This document shows positions 63,902-64,000 of a DNA stretch of 64,000 nt, one piece after another. Source of the stretch: an uncultured delta proteobacterium (lineage in GTDB: Bacteria; Desulfobacterota; RBG-13-43-22). Where the stretch lies: assembly GCA_963802945.1 (NCBI GenBank), contig CAWDKY010000015.1, positions 475,413 through 539,412 of the forward strand. Reading direction: 5' to 3'. Below the pieces are notes generated by a model, which was given only the letters and a program-made list of their open reading frames with translations, did not search any database and had not been told where the DNA came from. How positions within the stretch are numbered: position 1 is the stretch's first letter; every line of letters begins with the position of its first letter. A program made the translations under genes and the position numbers.

Positions 63902-64000
63902 TTGGATCAAGCCTGTATTTCTATTTATTCTCCTGAAGGTCCTTTTTGAAGAGGACCACAAATGGTCCTTAATCATCAAGAAAAAATCGGTGCAACCAAA

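Overview
This is a 64-kb chromosomal window from an anaerobic bacterium, most likely Desulfobacterota (inferred from the acsD-cooS-acsB-acsC-acsE order and pnp/M16/dut and rpsF-rpsR-rplI-dnaB-hflX synteny). The core blocks are pnp-M16-dut (1-2.2 kb), a Wood-Ljungdahl CODH/ACS operon (4.3-13 kb), and rpsF..hflX, plsY, mobA, pyrF, clpB, htpX and purA (46.9-63.9 kb). Between them (13-46.5 kb) lies an accessory region with an intact-ended IS3, Fe-S and acyl-CoA catabolic genes, a probable selenocysteine-containing molybdopterin oxidoreductase, several toxin-antitoxin modules, gene remnants and an AT-richer two-gene island (Zn-ribbon/DUF3626-like protein plus a large TPR protein) that is the best candidate for an undescribed defence system. 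From 26.4 to 45 kb almost every gene junction carries a co-oriented copy of one of two non-coding repeat families, giving a cassette-array-like layout with no integrase in view. Many conserved genes carry small frameshifts that most likely reflect long-read indel errors. All family assignments come from motif recognition by eye, not from database searches.
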